From: an uncultured Gemmatimonadaceae bacterium
Lineage (GTDB): Bacteria > Gemmatimonadota > Gemmatimonadetes > Gemmatimonadales > Gemmatimonadaceae
Length of the DNA: 64,000 nucleotides
Direction: 5' to 3'
Assembly (NCBI GenBank): GCA_963829055.1
Contig: CAWHHI010000016.1
Span: 480,001-544,000, forward strand
In this document: piece after piece, positions 33,340-44,317 of the stretch
Numbering within the stretch: position 1 is the first letter of the stretch
Layout of the letters: each line of letters opens with the position of its first letter
Notes under the pieces: generated by a model
Told to the model about the DNA's origin: nothing
What the model saw: the letters and a program-made list of their open reading frames with translations, nothing else
Databases searched by the model: none
Made by a program: the position numbers and the translations under genes

Positions 33340-34911
33340 ATGGCTGACGTCAAGACGATCAACCTGACGATCGAGGGCCGGCCAGTCGCCGTCGCCGAGG
33401 GGACATCGATCCTCGAAGCGGCGCGCACGGCTGGCGTGCTCATTCCGCACTACTGCTACCACCCGGCGCTGCCGGTGGCGGGCGTGTGCCGCATGTGCCT
33501 CGTGGAAGTGGAGAAAGCCCCGAAGCTCGCGCCGGCGTGCGCGACGTCGGTGGCCGAGGGCCAGGTGGTGCACGTGCATTCCGAGAAAGCGCGCGAGGCC
33601 CGCAAGGGCGTGCTCGAGATGCTGCTCATCAACCACCCGCTCGATTGCCCGATCTGCGATCAGGCCGGCGAGTGCGAGCTCCAGGACTACACCTTCCAGG
33701 AAGGACGGAAAGACTCGCGCTACAAGGAGCCGAAGCGCTTCAACCCGATGGAAGACTTCGGCGGCGACGTCGTCTACGTCCCGAACCGCTGCATTCTGTG
33801 CACGCGTTGCGTGCGCTACATGGACGACGTCGCGCAGGACCCTGTGCTGAACGTCAGCGAGCGGGGCGATCGCGCCTACATCGGCAAGTTCGAGGGCAAG
33901 GATCTGACCCACCCGTGGGCAGGCAACGTCGTCGACCTGTGTCCGGTCGGAGCGCTGCTGTCCAAGGATTTCCTGAACAAGGCGCGCGCCTGGGAGCTCG
34001 ACCGCACCGCGTCCATCTGTCCCAACTGTACGCAGGGCTGCAACGCGATCATCGAGACGCGCGACAACGTCGTCGTCCGCATGCGCCCGCGTGGCAACCC
34101 CGACGTGAACGAGTTCTTCCTCTGTGACACCGGTCGACTCGACTATCGCTGGATGAACGGGCCGAACCGGCTCGAGCTGCCGGCGGTTCGGAACGGCACC
34201 GCGCTCGTGGACGCCGACTGGGATGTGGCGTTAGGCGCGGCCGCGACCGTACTGCGAGGGAAGCGCGCGCTCGTGCTGGCGTCACCGATGCTCTCGAACG
34301 AAGCGCTGCATCTGCTCAGCCGCGTCGTGAAGGCCACGGGCGGCAGCGGTGCGTTCCGTGTCGCTCGCGGCCCCGAAGCACCGCTGCCGGGCGTCAAGGA
34401 CCTGGCGCTCCGCTCGGAGCGCGCGGCAAACGTCGTCGGCGCCGAGAAGCTCGGCTTCACGAAGACCGACACGCCGCTCGCCGGCATGCGCGACGGCGAC
34501 GTGCTCCTGATCGTCAATCACGCGCTCACGGAGGCGGAGATCGCCACCGCGAACCGCGCGTCGGCGGTGGTCTTCGTTGGCACGACGTTGCCGGCTGGGC
34601 TGACGAACGTGGCAGCCGTGCTCCCGATCACGAACTTCGCCGAGGAAGAGGGCACGTTCACGAATCTGCGTGGTCGGGTCCAACGGTTCCTGCAAGCCAA
34701 GGCGGCGCCGGGACTGGCCCGACCGAGCTGGTTCGTGCTGGCCGACCTGCTTGCGTCGTTAGGCGAGACCACCAACTATTTCGTGCCGTCCGAGGTGTTC
34801 GCGGCGCTCGCCGCGAGTCATCCGGAGTTCGCGGGACTCAGCTACGACGCGTTGGGGCTGCGTGGGCTCCCCGTGGTCGGGGCCGCACAACCTGCAGGAG
34901 CGCCATCGTGA
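33340..34911 (+). CDS. nuoG: NADH-quinone oxidoreductase subunit G (short, 523 aa)
   Basis: CYH...CRMC, HPLDCPICDQAGEC, CILCTRC...CPVG and CPNCTQGC...C. Confidence 0.93.
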   Translation: MADVKTINLTIEGRPVAVAEGTSILEAARTAGVLIPHYCYHPALPVAGVCRMCLVEVEKAPKLAPACATSVAEGQVVHVHSEKAREARKGVLEMLLINHPLDCPICDQAGECELQDYTFQEGRKDSRYKEPKRFNPMEDFGGDVVYVPNRCILCTRCVRYMDDVAQDPVLNVSERGDRAYIGKFEGKDLTHPWAGNVVDLCPVGALLSKDFLNKARAWELDRTASICPNCTQGCNAIIETRDNVVVRMRPRGNPDVNEFFLCDTGRLDYRWMNGPNRLELPAVRNGTALVDADWDVALGAAATVLRGKRALVLASPMLSNEALHLLSRVVKATGGSGAFRVARGPEAPLPGVKDLALRSERAANVVGAEKLGFTKTDTPLAGMRDGDVLLIVNHALTEAEIATANRASAVVFVGTTLPAGLTNVAAVLPITNFAEEEGTFTNLRGRVQRFLQAKAAPGLARPSWFVLADLLASLGETTNYFVPSEVFAALAASHPEFAGLSYDALGLRGLPVVGAAQPAGAPS

Positions 34912-36197
34912 TTCCGGTGCCCGTCTACGCGGTGGTCCATACGACTCCGGAACCGCCGCTTCCGTTCTGGGTGTTCCTCATCTCGACCGTGGTGAAGATG
35001 GTCGTCGTCTTCACGGTCTACATGGTCGGCGTCGCCCTGCTCACGTTGGCCGAGCGCAAGATCTCCGCGTGGATTCAGGGCCGGCTCGGTCCGAATCGCG
35101 TAGGCGGTAAGCTCGGCCTGCTGCAGCCGGCCGCTGACGGCGTGAAGAACATCATGAAGGAAGAGACGCTGCCGACGCACGTGAACAAGCCGATCTTCAT
35201 GCTGGCGCCGATGCTCGCGTTCATTCCCGCGATGGTGGCGTGGGCAGTCATACCGTTCGGCGCGCCGTGGGACTCGAAGTGGGGTCGGATCCCGATGGTC
35301 GTCGCGGACCTGCCCGTCGGCTTCCTGTTCACGCTCGCGATATCGTCGTTAGGTGTGTACGGCATCGTGCTCGCCGGCTGGTCCTCGAACAACAAATACG
35401 CACTCCTCGGCGGCCTCAGATCGAGCGCGCAGATGATCTCGTACGAGATCGCGATGGGCATGTCGCTCATTCCCGTGCTCCTGCTCGCCGGCAATGTCAC
35501 GCTCAACGAGATCGTGGATCAGCAGGCGAACATGCACATCTGGAACGTGCTGACGCTGACGATCTCGTTCTTCATCTTCGTCGTCGCGGCGTTCGCCGAG
35601 ACGAACCGGCTTCCGTTCGACCTGCCGGAGGCGGAGTCCGAGCTCATCGCGGGGTATCACACCGAGTACAGCGCGATGAAGTTCTCCATGTTCCCGATTT
35701 CCGAATACGCGAACATGGCGACGTCGAGCGCGCTCATGGCGACGTTGTTCTTCGGCGGCTGGGACATTCCGTTCACGCGGGTCGACAACACGACCGGCGT
35801 GTCGTTTCTCATGACGCTACTGTCCATCGGACTGTTCGGGCTGAAGACGCTGTTCTTCATCTTCGTCTTCATCTGGATCCGCTGGACGTTACCGCGGTTC
35901 CGCTATGATCAGCTGATGTCGCTCGGGTGGAAGTTCATGCTGCCCCTCGCGCTCTCGTACATCGTGATCGTCGCGTCGGTGATGCTCGGGTTGGACTATG
36001 TGGGACTCGAGCGCGGCTTTTTCTACGGGCTCGCGATGCTCGGCGTGAACGTGGTGCTCGTGATCATCACGTTCTTCCTGCTCGACCGTGGGCGGGTCAT
36101 CAGCCCAGCGTACGGGCGCGCGACACCACAGCAGATCGCGCGACTTCGCGCAGTGACGACGTCGCGCTCGCATCTCAGCCCACAGTCAGGAGATTGA
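34908..36197 (+). CDS. nuoH: NADH-quinone oxidoreductase subunit H
   Basis: ERKISAWIQGRLGPNR, GLLQPAADGVK and AETNRLPFDLPEAESEL. Confidence 0.96.
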   Translation: MIPVPVYAVVHTTPEPPLPFWVFLISTVVKMVVVFTVYMVGVALLTLAERKISAWIQGRLGPNRVGGKLGLLQPAADGVKNIMKEETLPTHVNKPIFMLAPMLAFIPAMVAWAVIPFGAPWDSKWGRIPMVVADLPVGFLFTLAISSLGVYGIVLAGWSSNNKYALLGGLRSSAQMISYEIAMGMSLIPVLLLAGNVTLNEIVDQQANMHIWNVLTLTISFFIFVVAAFAETNRLPFDLPEAESELIAGYHTEYSAMKFSMFPISEYANMATSSALMATLFFGGWDIPFTRVDNTTGVSFLMTLLSIGLFGLKTLFFIFVFIWIRWTLPRFRYDQLMSLGWKFMLPLALSYIVIVASVMLGLDYVGLERGFFYGLAMLGVNVVLVIITFFLLDRGRVISPAYGRATPQQIARLRAVTTSRSHLSPQSGD

Positions 36198-36691
36198 TGG
36201 CGATCAACGTGAAGGTGCTCGACCGCCCGGTAGAGCAGGTCAGCTACATGCGGGCGACGCTGAAGGGGATGGCAATGACCTTCAGCCACCTGTTCAAAGA
36301 GAAAGTGACGACGCAGTACCCGGAGCAGAAAGAGAGCATCTCGCGCCGCTGGCGCGGCACGCATCGCATGCTGACGACGGAAACCGGCAAGGCGAAGTGC
36401 GTCGCCTGCGGTCTCTGCCCGACGGTGTGCCCGTCGAACTGCATCAAGCTCGTGCCGGGCGAGGACGAGCAGGGGAACCGCTATCCGCTCGTGTTCGAGA
36501 TCGATGAGTTCCGTTGCATCTTCTGCGGCTACTGCCAGGAAGTCTGCCCGGAAGAGGCGATCCACGTTGGACGCCACTACGAGAACTCGGAGTACAGCCG
36601 CGAGGGATTCGTCTACGACCTCGAGCGGTTGATGGCGCAGACACACCCGGTTTCGGAGATGTGGGATCCGTCTGATCCAAAAGGCGAGTAG
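36197..36691 (+). CDS. nuoI: NADH-quinone oxidoreductase subunit I
   Basis: CVACGLCPTVCP and CIFCGYCQEVCP. Confidence 0.96.
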   Translation: MAINVKVLDRPVEQVSYMRATLKGMAMTFSHLFKEKVTTQYPEQKESISRRWRGTHRMLTTETGKAKCVACGLCPTVCPSNCIKLVPGEDEQGNRYPLVFEIDEFRCIFCGYCQEVCPEEAIHVGRHYENSEYSREGFVYDLERLMAQTHPVSEMWDPSDPKGE

Positions 36692-36702
36692 CACCAGCAC
36701 TC

Positions 36703-37245
36703 ATGCCGAACTTTTTCTACGAAGTTCACTTCTATCTGTTCGGACTGCTCGCGATCGCCTCGTCGATCGCGTTCGTCACGCGCAAGAGTCCCGTGTCCGC
36801 CGCGCTCTGGCTCGTGAGCACGATGTTCTGCCTCGCGGCGCTGTACGTGATGCTCGAGGCGCACTTCATTGGCGTGATTCAGGTGCTCGTGTACGCCGGC
36901 GCCATCATGGTCGTGTTCCTGTTCGTCGTCATGCTGCTCAACCTCGGCGAGGCGTCGGCGATTGCCGACACACGCGGGAAGTGGGGACGGCTGGCGGCGG
37001 GGCTGCTCGGACTTGCGCTGCTCGCCCAGGTGATGGCGCTCACCGGCAAACGGCTTCCCGAGCCGTTCACGCCTGGCGGCGGCTACGACTCCGTGGCGGT
37101 GCGGGACCTGGGCGCGGTCGGCAGCGTCGCGCAACCGCTGTTCAATGAGTATCTGCTCGCGTTCGAGCTGACGAGCATTCTCCTGCTCGTCGCCATAGTG
37201 GGCGCGGTCGTCATTGGGCGCAGGAGACAAGCTGATGCTCGCTGA
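36703..37245 (+). CDS. nuoJ: NADH-quinone oxidoreductase subunit J
   Basis: [20 protein letters not shown] and [15 protein letters not shown]. Confidence 0.95.
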   Translation: MPNFFYEVHFYLFGLLAIASSIAFVTRKSPVSAALWLVSTMFCLAALYVMLEAHFIGVIQVLVYAGAIMVVFLFVVMLLNLGEASAIADTRGKWGRLAAGLLGLALLAQVMALTGKRLPEPFTPGGGYDSVAVRDLGAVGSVAQPLFNEYLLAFELTSILLLVAIVGAVVIGRRRQADAR

Positions 37246-37528
37246 ATCGCTCGCACTGTCCGCGGTGCTGTTCACCATCGGCGCCATCGGCGTGCTCACG
37301 CGCCGTAACGCGATCATCATCTTCATGTGCGTGGAGCTCATGCTCAACGCGGTGAACCTGACGTTCGTCGCGCTGAGCAAGGTCTACGGCATGGCGGGCC
37401 AGGTGTTCGTGGTCTTCGTCATGACGGTCGCAGCGGCCGAAGCGGCAGTCGGACTCGCGATCATCATCGCGATCTTCAGACACCGGCAGACCGTCGATCT
37501 GGAAAACATCAATCTGCTGAAAGGCTAA
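37235..37528 (+). CDS. nuoK: NADH-quinone oxidoreductase subunit K
   Basis: [16 protein letters not shown] and [10 protein letters not shown]. Confidence 0.96.
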   Translation: MLAESLALSAVLFTIGAIGVLTRRNAIIIFMCVELMLNAVNLTFVALSKVYGMAGQVFVVFVMTVAAAEAAVGLAIIIAIFRHRQTVDLENINLLKG

Positions 37529-39724
37529 TGCTGCTTCAGGAAGCGACCACGGGCGCGCATCCGCTCAGCGGCAGTATCGCCGAGTTGGTCTGGCTCATCC
37601 CGGTGCTGCCGTTCATCGGGTTTCTCATCAATGGCTGGCTCTCGATCGCGTCCGCGGTGCGAGTGGGTCCTCGCGACCCGAGCGCGGCTGGACACGACGC
37701 AGTAGGTCACGGCGAGGACCACGGGCACGGCGGCGATTCCGGCGGTGCGCATGGCGACGATCACCACGTAGCGGCTCGGCACAAGTATGCGAGCCTGGTG
37801 TCGCTCGTCGGCCCTGCGGTGCTGCTGCTCTCGTTCGGTCTCACCGTCGCCATCTTCATGGCGATGCTCGGCGTGAGTCGCGAGGCGCCGTTCGTGCGCA
37901 CGCTGTTCTCGTGGATTCCGGCCGGCGACCTGCACATCGACGCTGCGCTGCAAGTCGATCCACTCTCGATGGTGATGACGCTCGTCATCACGGGCGTCGG
38001 GACGCTGATCCACATTTTCAGCGTCGGTTACATGCAGGACGATCCGGGATACCCGCGCTACTTCGCGTATCTCAATCTGTTCGTCTCCTTCATGCTCGTG
38101 CTCGTGCTGGGCGCGAGCTATCCGGTGCTGTTCGTCGGCTGGGAAGGCGTCGGACTCTGCTCCTATCTGCTCATCGGATTCTGGTTCACCGACAAGGCAA
38201 ACGCGGACGCCGGCAAGAAGGCGTTCATCGTGAATCGCATCGGTGACTTCGGATTTCTGATCGCGATGTTCCTCATGTTCGCGAACCTGGGAGCGCTCGA
38301 CTTCGCCGGCGTGTCGGCCGCCGCGCCCGCGCTCGGCCTGAATAGCGCGCTGGCCACCACGATCTGCCTCTTCCTGTTCCTCGGCTGCGCGGGCAAGAGC
38401 GCGCAGATTCCGCTGTACGTCTGGCTGCCTGACGCGATGGCGGGTCCGACGCCGGTGTCGGCGCTGATCCATGCGGCGACGATGGTGACGGCGGGCGTGT
38501 ACCTCATCGCCCGCAGCTCGTTTCTGTTCTCGCTGGCGCCGGTCGCTCAGCTGACGGTCGCGTTCGTTGGCGCACTGACGGCGCTGTTCGCGGCGACCAT
38601 CGGGCTCAAGCAGTGGGACATCAAGCGCGTCCTCGCGTACTCGACGGTCTCGCAGCTCGGCTACATGTTCGTCGGCGTTGGCGTCGGTGCGTACGCGGCA
38701 GGTGTCTTCCACCTCGTGACGCACGCCTTCTTCAAGGCGCTGCTGTTCCTCGGCTCGGGCTCGGTGATCTTCGCGATGCACCGCGCCTACCACGCGACGC
38801 ACAACCACGACGACGCGCAGGACATGCGCAACATGGGCGGCCTCCGGCGCTACATGCCGGTGACGTTCGTCCTGATGTGGATCGCGACGCTGGCCATCGC
38901 GGGCATTCCGATCTTCGCCGGCTTCTTCTCGAAGGACGAGATCCTCGGCGCCGTGTTCGAGCGGGCGCACGAATCGACACTCGCGCAGGTGTCGTGGTTA
39001 GGCATTCCCGGAACGACGCTCCTGTATCTCATCTATGCCATGGGACTCGCGGCGGCGCTGCTGACGGCGATCTACATGACGCGGATGATGCTGTACACGT
39101 TCCACGGACCGAATCGCAGCGGCGAGACCGAGCAGTCGCATCTCGCCGAGGCACCGTGGGTCATGACGGGGCCGCTGGTGGTGTTAGGCGTCCTGAGCGC
39201 GTTCGGCGGTTGGCTCAACCTGCCCGTCGCTCTTGCCGATCGGTCCCATCGGCGTGCTCGAGCACTGGCTCGAGCCGGTCGTTGGTCCGGCGACGGCGGC
39301 GGTGACCGGCGGCGCAGCCGAACCTGCGCACTCCACTGAATTCGCGTTGATTGGCGCGGCGGTCGCGATTGCGGTGCTCGGTATCATCATCGCGTTCGTG
39401 CGGCTCAAGCCGGCGCGACTCGTGCCGAAAGCGCAGGCGCCGGAAGAGCAGGGAATCGAGCGCGTGCTGCTCAACAAGTACTACGTCGACGAGCTGTACG
39501 ATCGCACGATCGTTAGGCCGACCGTGTGGGTCTCGCGGAGCGTGCTGTCGCAGGGAGTCGATCAGGGGCTCATCGACAAGGTGCTCGTCACGTGGGTTGG
39601 CACCGGGATTCCGCGGCTGTTCGGCTGGTTCGGTTCGCGACTGCAATCAGGGCAGGTCGGCACGTACGCCTGGGTTCTTCTGATTGGCGTCATCGCGGTG
39701 CTCGGCGCCTTCACTCTCCGCTGA
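37528..39724 (+). CDS. nuoL: NADH-quinone oxidoreductase subunit L, with a +1 frameshift near 39232
   Basis: GWEGVGLCSYLLIGFW, KSAQIPLYVWLPDAMAGPTPVSALIHAATM and HAFFKA. The C-terminal helix region (NKYYVDELY...LQSGQV) is in ORF 39233..39724. Confidence 0.95.
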
Positions 39725-39728
39725 TTCG

Positions 39729-41366
39729 ATGCCCGACTTCCTGAACTCGATCGGATACGAGGCGTGGGTTCTTCCCACGCTGCTGGCGATTCCTGTCGCC
39801 GGCGCGCTCGTGCTGCTCCTGCACGGCGCCTCGAGCAAGGGCGAAGGCGGCGGCGGTCTCGACGACGCTGGGGCGATGTTCGCCCGCCGCATCACGCTGT
39901 TCACGTTCCTGCTGGAGTTCGTCGTCTCGATCGGACTGTGGTGGGTCGTGCTGCCGGGCGAAGCTGGCTTTCGCGCCGTCGTGGATCTGCCGTGGATCCG
40001 CACGTGGGGGATCCGGTTTGCGCTGGGCGTCGATGGCATCTCCGTGATGCTCGTGCTCCTCACGACACTCATCATGCCGCTGGTGGTCCTCGGCGGATGG
40101 ACGAGCGTTCGTACGAAGGTGCACGCGTATCACGCGCTCATGCTGATCCTCACGAGCGGCATGCTCGGCGTGTTCGTCGCGCGCGATCTCTTCCTCTTCT
40201 ACGTGATGTGGGAAGTGATGCTGGTGCCGATGTACTTCATCGTCGGCATCTGGGGCGGCGCACGCAGACTCTACGCGGCGCTCAAGTTCTTCCTGTTCAC
40301 GATGGTCGGGTCGCTGCTCATGCTCGTCGCGATCCTGTACCTCGGGATCAAGGCGGGCGATCCGGCGACGGGCATTCCAAACTTCGCGTTCGATCGCATC
40401 TTCGCCGCGGCTGCCCAGCATGCGCAGGGCAGCCTCGAGTTGTCGTGGCTCGGACTCTCGATTCCCGCGGACACGCTGCTGTTTCTCGCGTTCTTCGGCG
40501 CCTTCGCGGTGAAGGTGCCGATGTTCCCGTTCCATACGTGGCTGCCTGACGCGCACGTCGAGGCGCCGACCGCTGGTTCGGTGATCCTCGCGAGCATCAT
40601 GCTGAAGCTCGGCACGTACGGATTCATTCGGCTCGCCATTCCGCTCTTCCCGGCAGCGGCGATGAGTCCAGGGATGCGCACCGGAATCATCATTCTCGCC
40701 GTGGTCGGCGTGATCTACGGATCACTCGTGGCGATGGTGCAGACCGACTTCAAGAAGCTCGTCGCTTACTCGTCCGTCGCTCACCTTGGCATGGTGATGC
40801 TCGGGCTGTTCGCGCTGACTCGCGAGAGCGTGCAGGGCGCGATGATGGTGATGCTCGGCCACGGTCTTTCGACGGGCGCGCTGTTCCTCCTGATCGGCAT
40901 GATTTACGAGCGACGCCACTCGCGTGAGATCGCGGCGTACGGCGGCATCGCGAAGGTGGCCCCGGTGTTCGCGACGCTGTTGACCGTCGTTGCCCTCAGC
41001 AGCATCGGACTGCCCGGCACGAACGGGTTCATCTCGGAGTTCCTCGTGATGGTCGGATCGTTCAAGACGTTCCCGTACCTCACCACGATCTCCGCGATCG
41101 GCGTCATTCTCGGCGCGGCGTACATGCTGTGGGCCCTTCAGCGGATCATCTACAATCCGCTCGACAAGGCGGACAACGAGCACCTCACGGATCTGAACTG
41201 GCGCGAGATCGGGCTGCTGGTGCCGGTCCTGATCGGCATCCTCTGGCTGGGGCTGTACCCGAAGCCCGTGCTCGCTCGAATGGAAGCGGCCACCACCAAC
41301 TTCGTGCGGTCCGTTGAAGCGGGTGCCGCCACGCAGTCGGCGAGCTTGCCGGCGGGAGGCCGCTGA
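39729..41366 (+). CDS. nuoM: NADH-quinone oxidoreductase subunit M
   Basis: GVDGIS, FYVMWE, KVPMFPFHTWLPDAHVEAP and GLPGTNGF. Confidence 0.96.
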   Translation: MPDFLNSIGYEAWVLPTLLAIPVAGALVLLLHGASSKGEGGGGLDDAGAMFARRITLFTFLLEFVVSIGLWWVVLPGEAGFRAVVDLPWIRTWGIRFALGVDGISVMLVLLTTLIMPLVVLGGWTSVRTKVHAYHALMLILTSGMLGVFVARDLFLFYVMWEVMLVPMYFIVGIWGGARRLYAALKFFLFTMVGSLLMLVAILYLGIKAGDPATGIPNFAFDRIFAAAAQHAQGSLELSWLGLSIPADTLLFLAFFGAFAVKVPMFPFHTWLPDAHVEAPTAGSVILASIMLKLGTYGFIRLAIPLFPAAAMSPGMRTGIIILAVVGVIYGSLVAMVQTDFKKLVAYSSVAHLGMVMLGLFALTRESVQGAMMVMLGHGLSTGALFLLIGMIYERRHSREIAAYGGIAKVAPVFATLLTVVALSSIGLPGTNGFISEFLVMVGSFKTFPYLTTISAIGVILGAAYMLWALQRIIYNPLDKADNEHLTDLNWREIGLLVPVLIGILWLGLYPKPVLARMEAATTNFVRSVEAGAATQSASLPAGGR

Positions 41367-42904
41367 TGCCGATCGATGTCACGCTCCCGGGCGGCCTAAC
41401 GCTGGCCCTTGTCCCGGACCTGATTCTGATCGCCGGCGCGATGGTACTCATGCTGTGGGCGGCGTGGAGGCCGGACAGCGCGAGCCATCAGCGATCCGTC
41501 GGTGTTGGAGCACTCCTGCTCACCGTCGTGACGACGGTCGCGGTGATCGTGTTCGCGATGGGTGGCTATACGGCCAAGCCCGGAATCATCGCGGTCGATG
41601 GCTTCCGCTGGGGCTCCGATCTGATCTTCCTGCTCGCGACGTTCATCGCGATCGCGCTCTCGATCGACTACAACACCCGCGAAGGCATCGACGCGCCTGA
41701 GTCGCACGTGCTCGTGCTGTTCGCGACGAGCGGCATGATGATGCTCGCCGCTGCGCGCGATCTCATGATCATCTTCCTCGGCATCGAGCTCATGTCGATC
41801 GCCGTGTACGTACTCGCGGGCCTCAATCGCCGCAGTGGGCGGTCGGCCGAAGCGGCGATCAAGTATTTCCTGCTCGGTGCGTTCTCGACGGCGTTCCTCC
41901 TGTACGGAATCGCCCTCGTGTACGGCGCGACCGGCGCGACGAACCTCACGGTCATCGCTGATCGCGTCCGACAGTTCCAGTTGGGCGAGAGCCCAATGTT
42001 GCTGGCCGGCATCGCACTGCTGCTCGTCGGTTTCAGCTTCAAGGTCGCCGCCGCGCCATTCCACATGTGGACGCCGGACGTGTACGAGGGCGCTCCGACA
42101 CCGATCACCGGCTACATGGCGGCTGCCGTCAAGGCAGCTGGCTTCGCCGCGTTCCTTCGCGTGTGGCTGGAGGCCTTTGGCGGTTCATACACGCGCTGGC
42201 ACGTTGCCGTATGGTGGATCGCGGCCATCACGATGGTCGTCGGTAACGTCGTCGCGCTCTCGCAGAAGAATCTCAAGCGCCTGCTCGCCTACTCGAGCAT
42301 CGCCCACTCGGGCTTCGTGCTCGTTGCGCTCGTCGTCGGCACGCCAGCGGGATCGTCGGCGTTCATCTTCTACCTGTTCGCGTACACCCTGGCGACGATG
42401 GGTGCGTTCGCGGTCATCGTCGCCCTCGGTCAGCCAGGCGAAGGCGACCTGACGATCGAGAGCTACGCCGGTCTGTGGAACGACCGTCCCTGGATGGCCG
42501 CCGCGATGACGGTGTTCATGCTCGCGCTGCTCGGCTTCCCGATCGTCGGCGGAATCGGCTTCCTCGCGAAGTGGTACGTGCTGCAGGCCGCCCTGCAGGC
42601 CCCCGCGCCGCAGGCCAGGCTCGCGGTACTGCTCGTCATCACGACGGCCATCTCCGCCGGCTACTATCTCCAGGTCGTGCGCGTGATGTACATGAAGCCG
42701 CGTGCGGCGAACGCAGTCGCGTCGCTGCCGACCGGAAGGCTGACGCGTTTCGTGATCGCGGCAGCAGCCATTCTCATCGTCGTCCTGGGGCTGTTCCCGG
42801 ATTCGCTCGCGAACCTGGCGCAGCGCGGAGCCGCCATTCCTCCGGCGCCGCAAACGGCGACGGCGGCGACCGAGACTTCCTTGCCAACGGCCGGAGGCCG
42901 GTAG
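41366..42904 (+). CDS. nuoN: NADH-quinone oxidoreductase subunit N
   Basis: EAAIKYFLLG, FKVAAAPFHMWTPDVYEGAP and KRLLAYSSIAH. Confidence 0.96.
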   Translation: MPIDVTLPGGLTLALVPDLILIAGAMVLMLWAAWRPDSASHQRSVGVGALLLTVVTTVAVIVFAMGGYTAKPGIIAVDGFRWGSDLIFLLATFIAIALSIDYNTREGIDAPESHVLVLFATSGMMMLAAARDLMIIFLGIELMSIAVYVLAGLNRRSGRSAEAAIKYFLLGAFSTAFLLYGIALVYGATGATNLTVIADRVRQFQLGESPMLLAGIALLLVGFSFKVAAAPFHMWTPDVYEGAPTPITGYMAAAVKAAGFAAFLRVWLEAFGGSYTRWHVAVWWIAAITMVVGNVVALSQKNLKRLLAYSSIAHSGFVLVALVVGTPAGSSAFIFYLFAYTLATMGAFAVIVALGQPGEGDLTIESYAGLWNDRPWMAAAMTVFMLALLGFPIVGGIGFLAKWYVLQAALQAPAPQARLAVLLVITTAISAGYYLQVVRVMYMKPRAANAVASLPTGRLTRFVIAAAAILIVVLGLFPDSLANLAQRGAAIPPAPQTATAATETSLPTAGGR

Positions 42905-42941
42905 CGACACGGGTCCGCGGTCGCGGACCCGTCGCGTGTCG
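42905..42941 (+). terminator. GC-rich hairpin after nuoN (no U-tract)
   Basis: GGGTCCGCG-GT-CGCGGACCC inverted repeat with flanking CGACAC/GTGTCG. Confidence 0.4.
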
Positions 42942-42948
42942 AGCTCGA

Positions 42949-44316
42949 ATGCCAATCGCCGCCGGCATCTTTCGCCAGTATGACATCCGCGGCGTCGTCG
43001 GCGACGATCTGACCGTCGATGCCGCGCACGCGATCGGTCGCGCGTTCGCCGCGTTTCTCGCGCACCACGGCGTGACGCGACCCGTCGCTGTTGGTCGCGA
43101 CAACAGGCCAAGCGGACGGGCACTCCGCGATTCGCTGGTCGATGGGCTGACGACGTCGGGTGTGGACGTCGTCGACATCGGCGTCGTTCCGACACCGCTT
43201 CTCTACTGGAGCCTCTCGCACCTCGACGTCGGCGCCGGCATCCAGATCACCGGGTCTCACAATCCACCCGAATACAACGGCTTCAAGATCTGCCTCGGCA
43301 CCGATTCGGTGCACGGTGAGGAGATCCAGACGCTGTACCGTCTCGCGTTAGGCTCGACATTCCCGAGCGGGAAGGGATCGGTGCGGCACGAGGCCGTCAT
43401 CGACCCCTACATCGCCGACATCGTCGAGCGCACGGGTCGCCTCACGCGACCGCCGCGCGTTGTCATCGATTGCGGGAACGGTGCCGGCGCACTCGTCGCA
43501 CCGCAACTCTTCGGCAAGCTGCTGCCTGACGCGAAGTGCCTGTACTGCGAGAGCGACGGCACGTTCCCGAACCATCACCCCGATCCCACCGTCGTCGAGA
43601 ATCTCCAGCCGCTGATCGATGAGGTGGTGCGAGGCGGCTACGACTTCGGCGTAGCGTTCGACGGCGACGCCGACCGCATCGGCGTGGTCGACGGCACGGG
43701 CCAGATCATTTGGGGCGACTACCTGTTGATCCTCTACGCGCGCGACGTGTTCGCGCGGACGGGCAGCGCGCAACCGATCATCTTCGACGTGAAGTGCTCG
43801 CAGGCACTGCCTGACGCGGTCGCGAAAGCCGGCGGGACGCCGGTCATGTGGAGGACAGGCCACTCGCTCATCAAAGGGAAGATGAAAGAGTTGGGTGCGC
43901 CGATCGCCGGCGAAATGTCCGGCCACATGTTTTTCAGCGAGTCGTTCTACGGCCACGACGATGCGCTGTACGCCGCGGCAAGACTGATGCGCATCGTGTC
44001 AGACTCGGACCGCACGCTCGAGGATCTGCTCGCTGACGTTCCGCGCTTCGTCTCGACGCCGGAGATCCGCGTCGATTGCCCGGATGACCAGAAGTTCGGC
44101 ATCGTGGCTGACGCCGTGAAGCACTTCTCGCGTGACCACGAGGTCATCGAAGTCGACGGAGCGCGCGTGTTGTTCGGCGATGGCTGGGGACTCATTCGTG
44201 CGTCGAACACGCAGCCCGTGCTCGTCGTTCGGTTCGAAGCCCGCTCGGCCGAGCGGCTCGCGGAAATTCAGGGCGAGATGGAAGGCTGGCTTCGCTCGCG
44301 CGGCGTCGCGCCCTGA
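42949..44316 (+). CDS. Phosphomannomutase/phosphoglucomutase
   Basis: IFRQYDIRG, ITGSHNP, AFDGDADR, GEMSGH and RASNTQP. Confidence 0.95.
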   Translation: MPIAAGIFRQYDIRGVVGDDLTVDAAHAIGRAFAAFLAHHGVTRPVAVGRDNRPSGRALRDSLVDGLTTSGVDVVDIGVVPTPLLYWSLSHLDVGAGIQITGSHNPPEYNGFKICLGTDSVHGEEIQTLYRLALGSTFPSGKGSVRHEAVIDPYIADIVERTGRLTRPPRVVIDCGNGAGALVAPQLFGKLLPDAKCLYCESDGTFPNHHPDPTVVENLQPLIDEVVRGGYDFGVAFDGDADRIGVVDGTGQIIWGDYLLILYARDVFARTGSAQPIIFDVKCSQALPDAVAKAGGTPVMWRTGHSLIKGKMKELGAPIAGEMSGHMFFSESFYGHDDALYAAARLMRIVSDSDRTLEDLLADVPRFVSTPEIRVDCPDDQKFGIVADAVKHFSRDHEVIEVDGARVLFGDGWGLIRASNTQPVLVVRFEARSAERLAEIQGEMEGWLRSRGVAP

Positions 44317-44317
44317 C

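Noticed and set aside
32116..33912. Long antisense ORFs (598 aa here; also 37525..38970, 56361..57599 and others)
   Set aside because: They are shadow ORFs opposite well-conserved genes in GC-rich DNA and carry no recognisable motifs.
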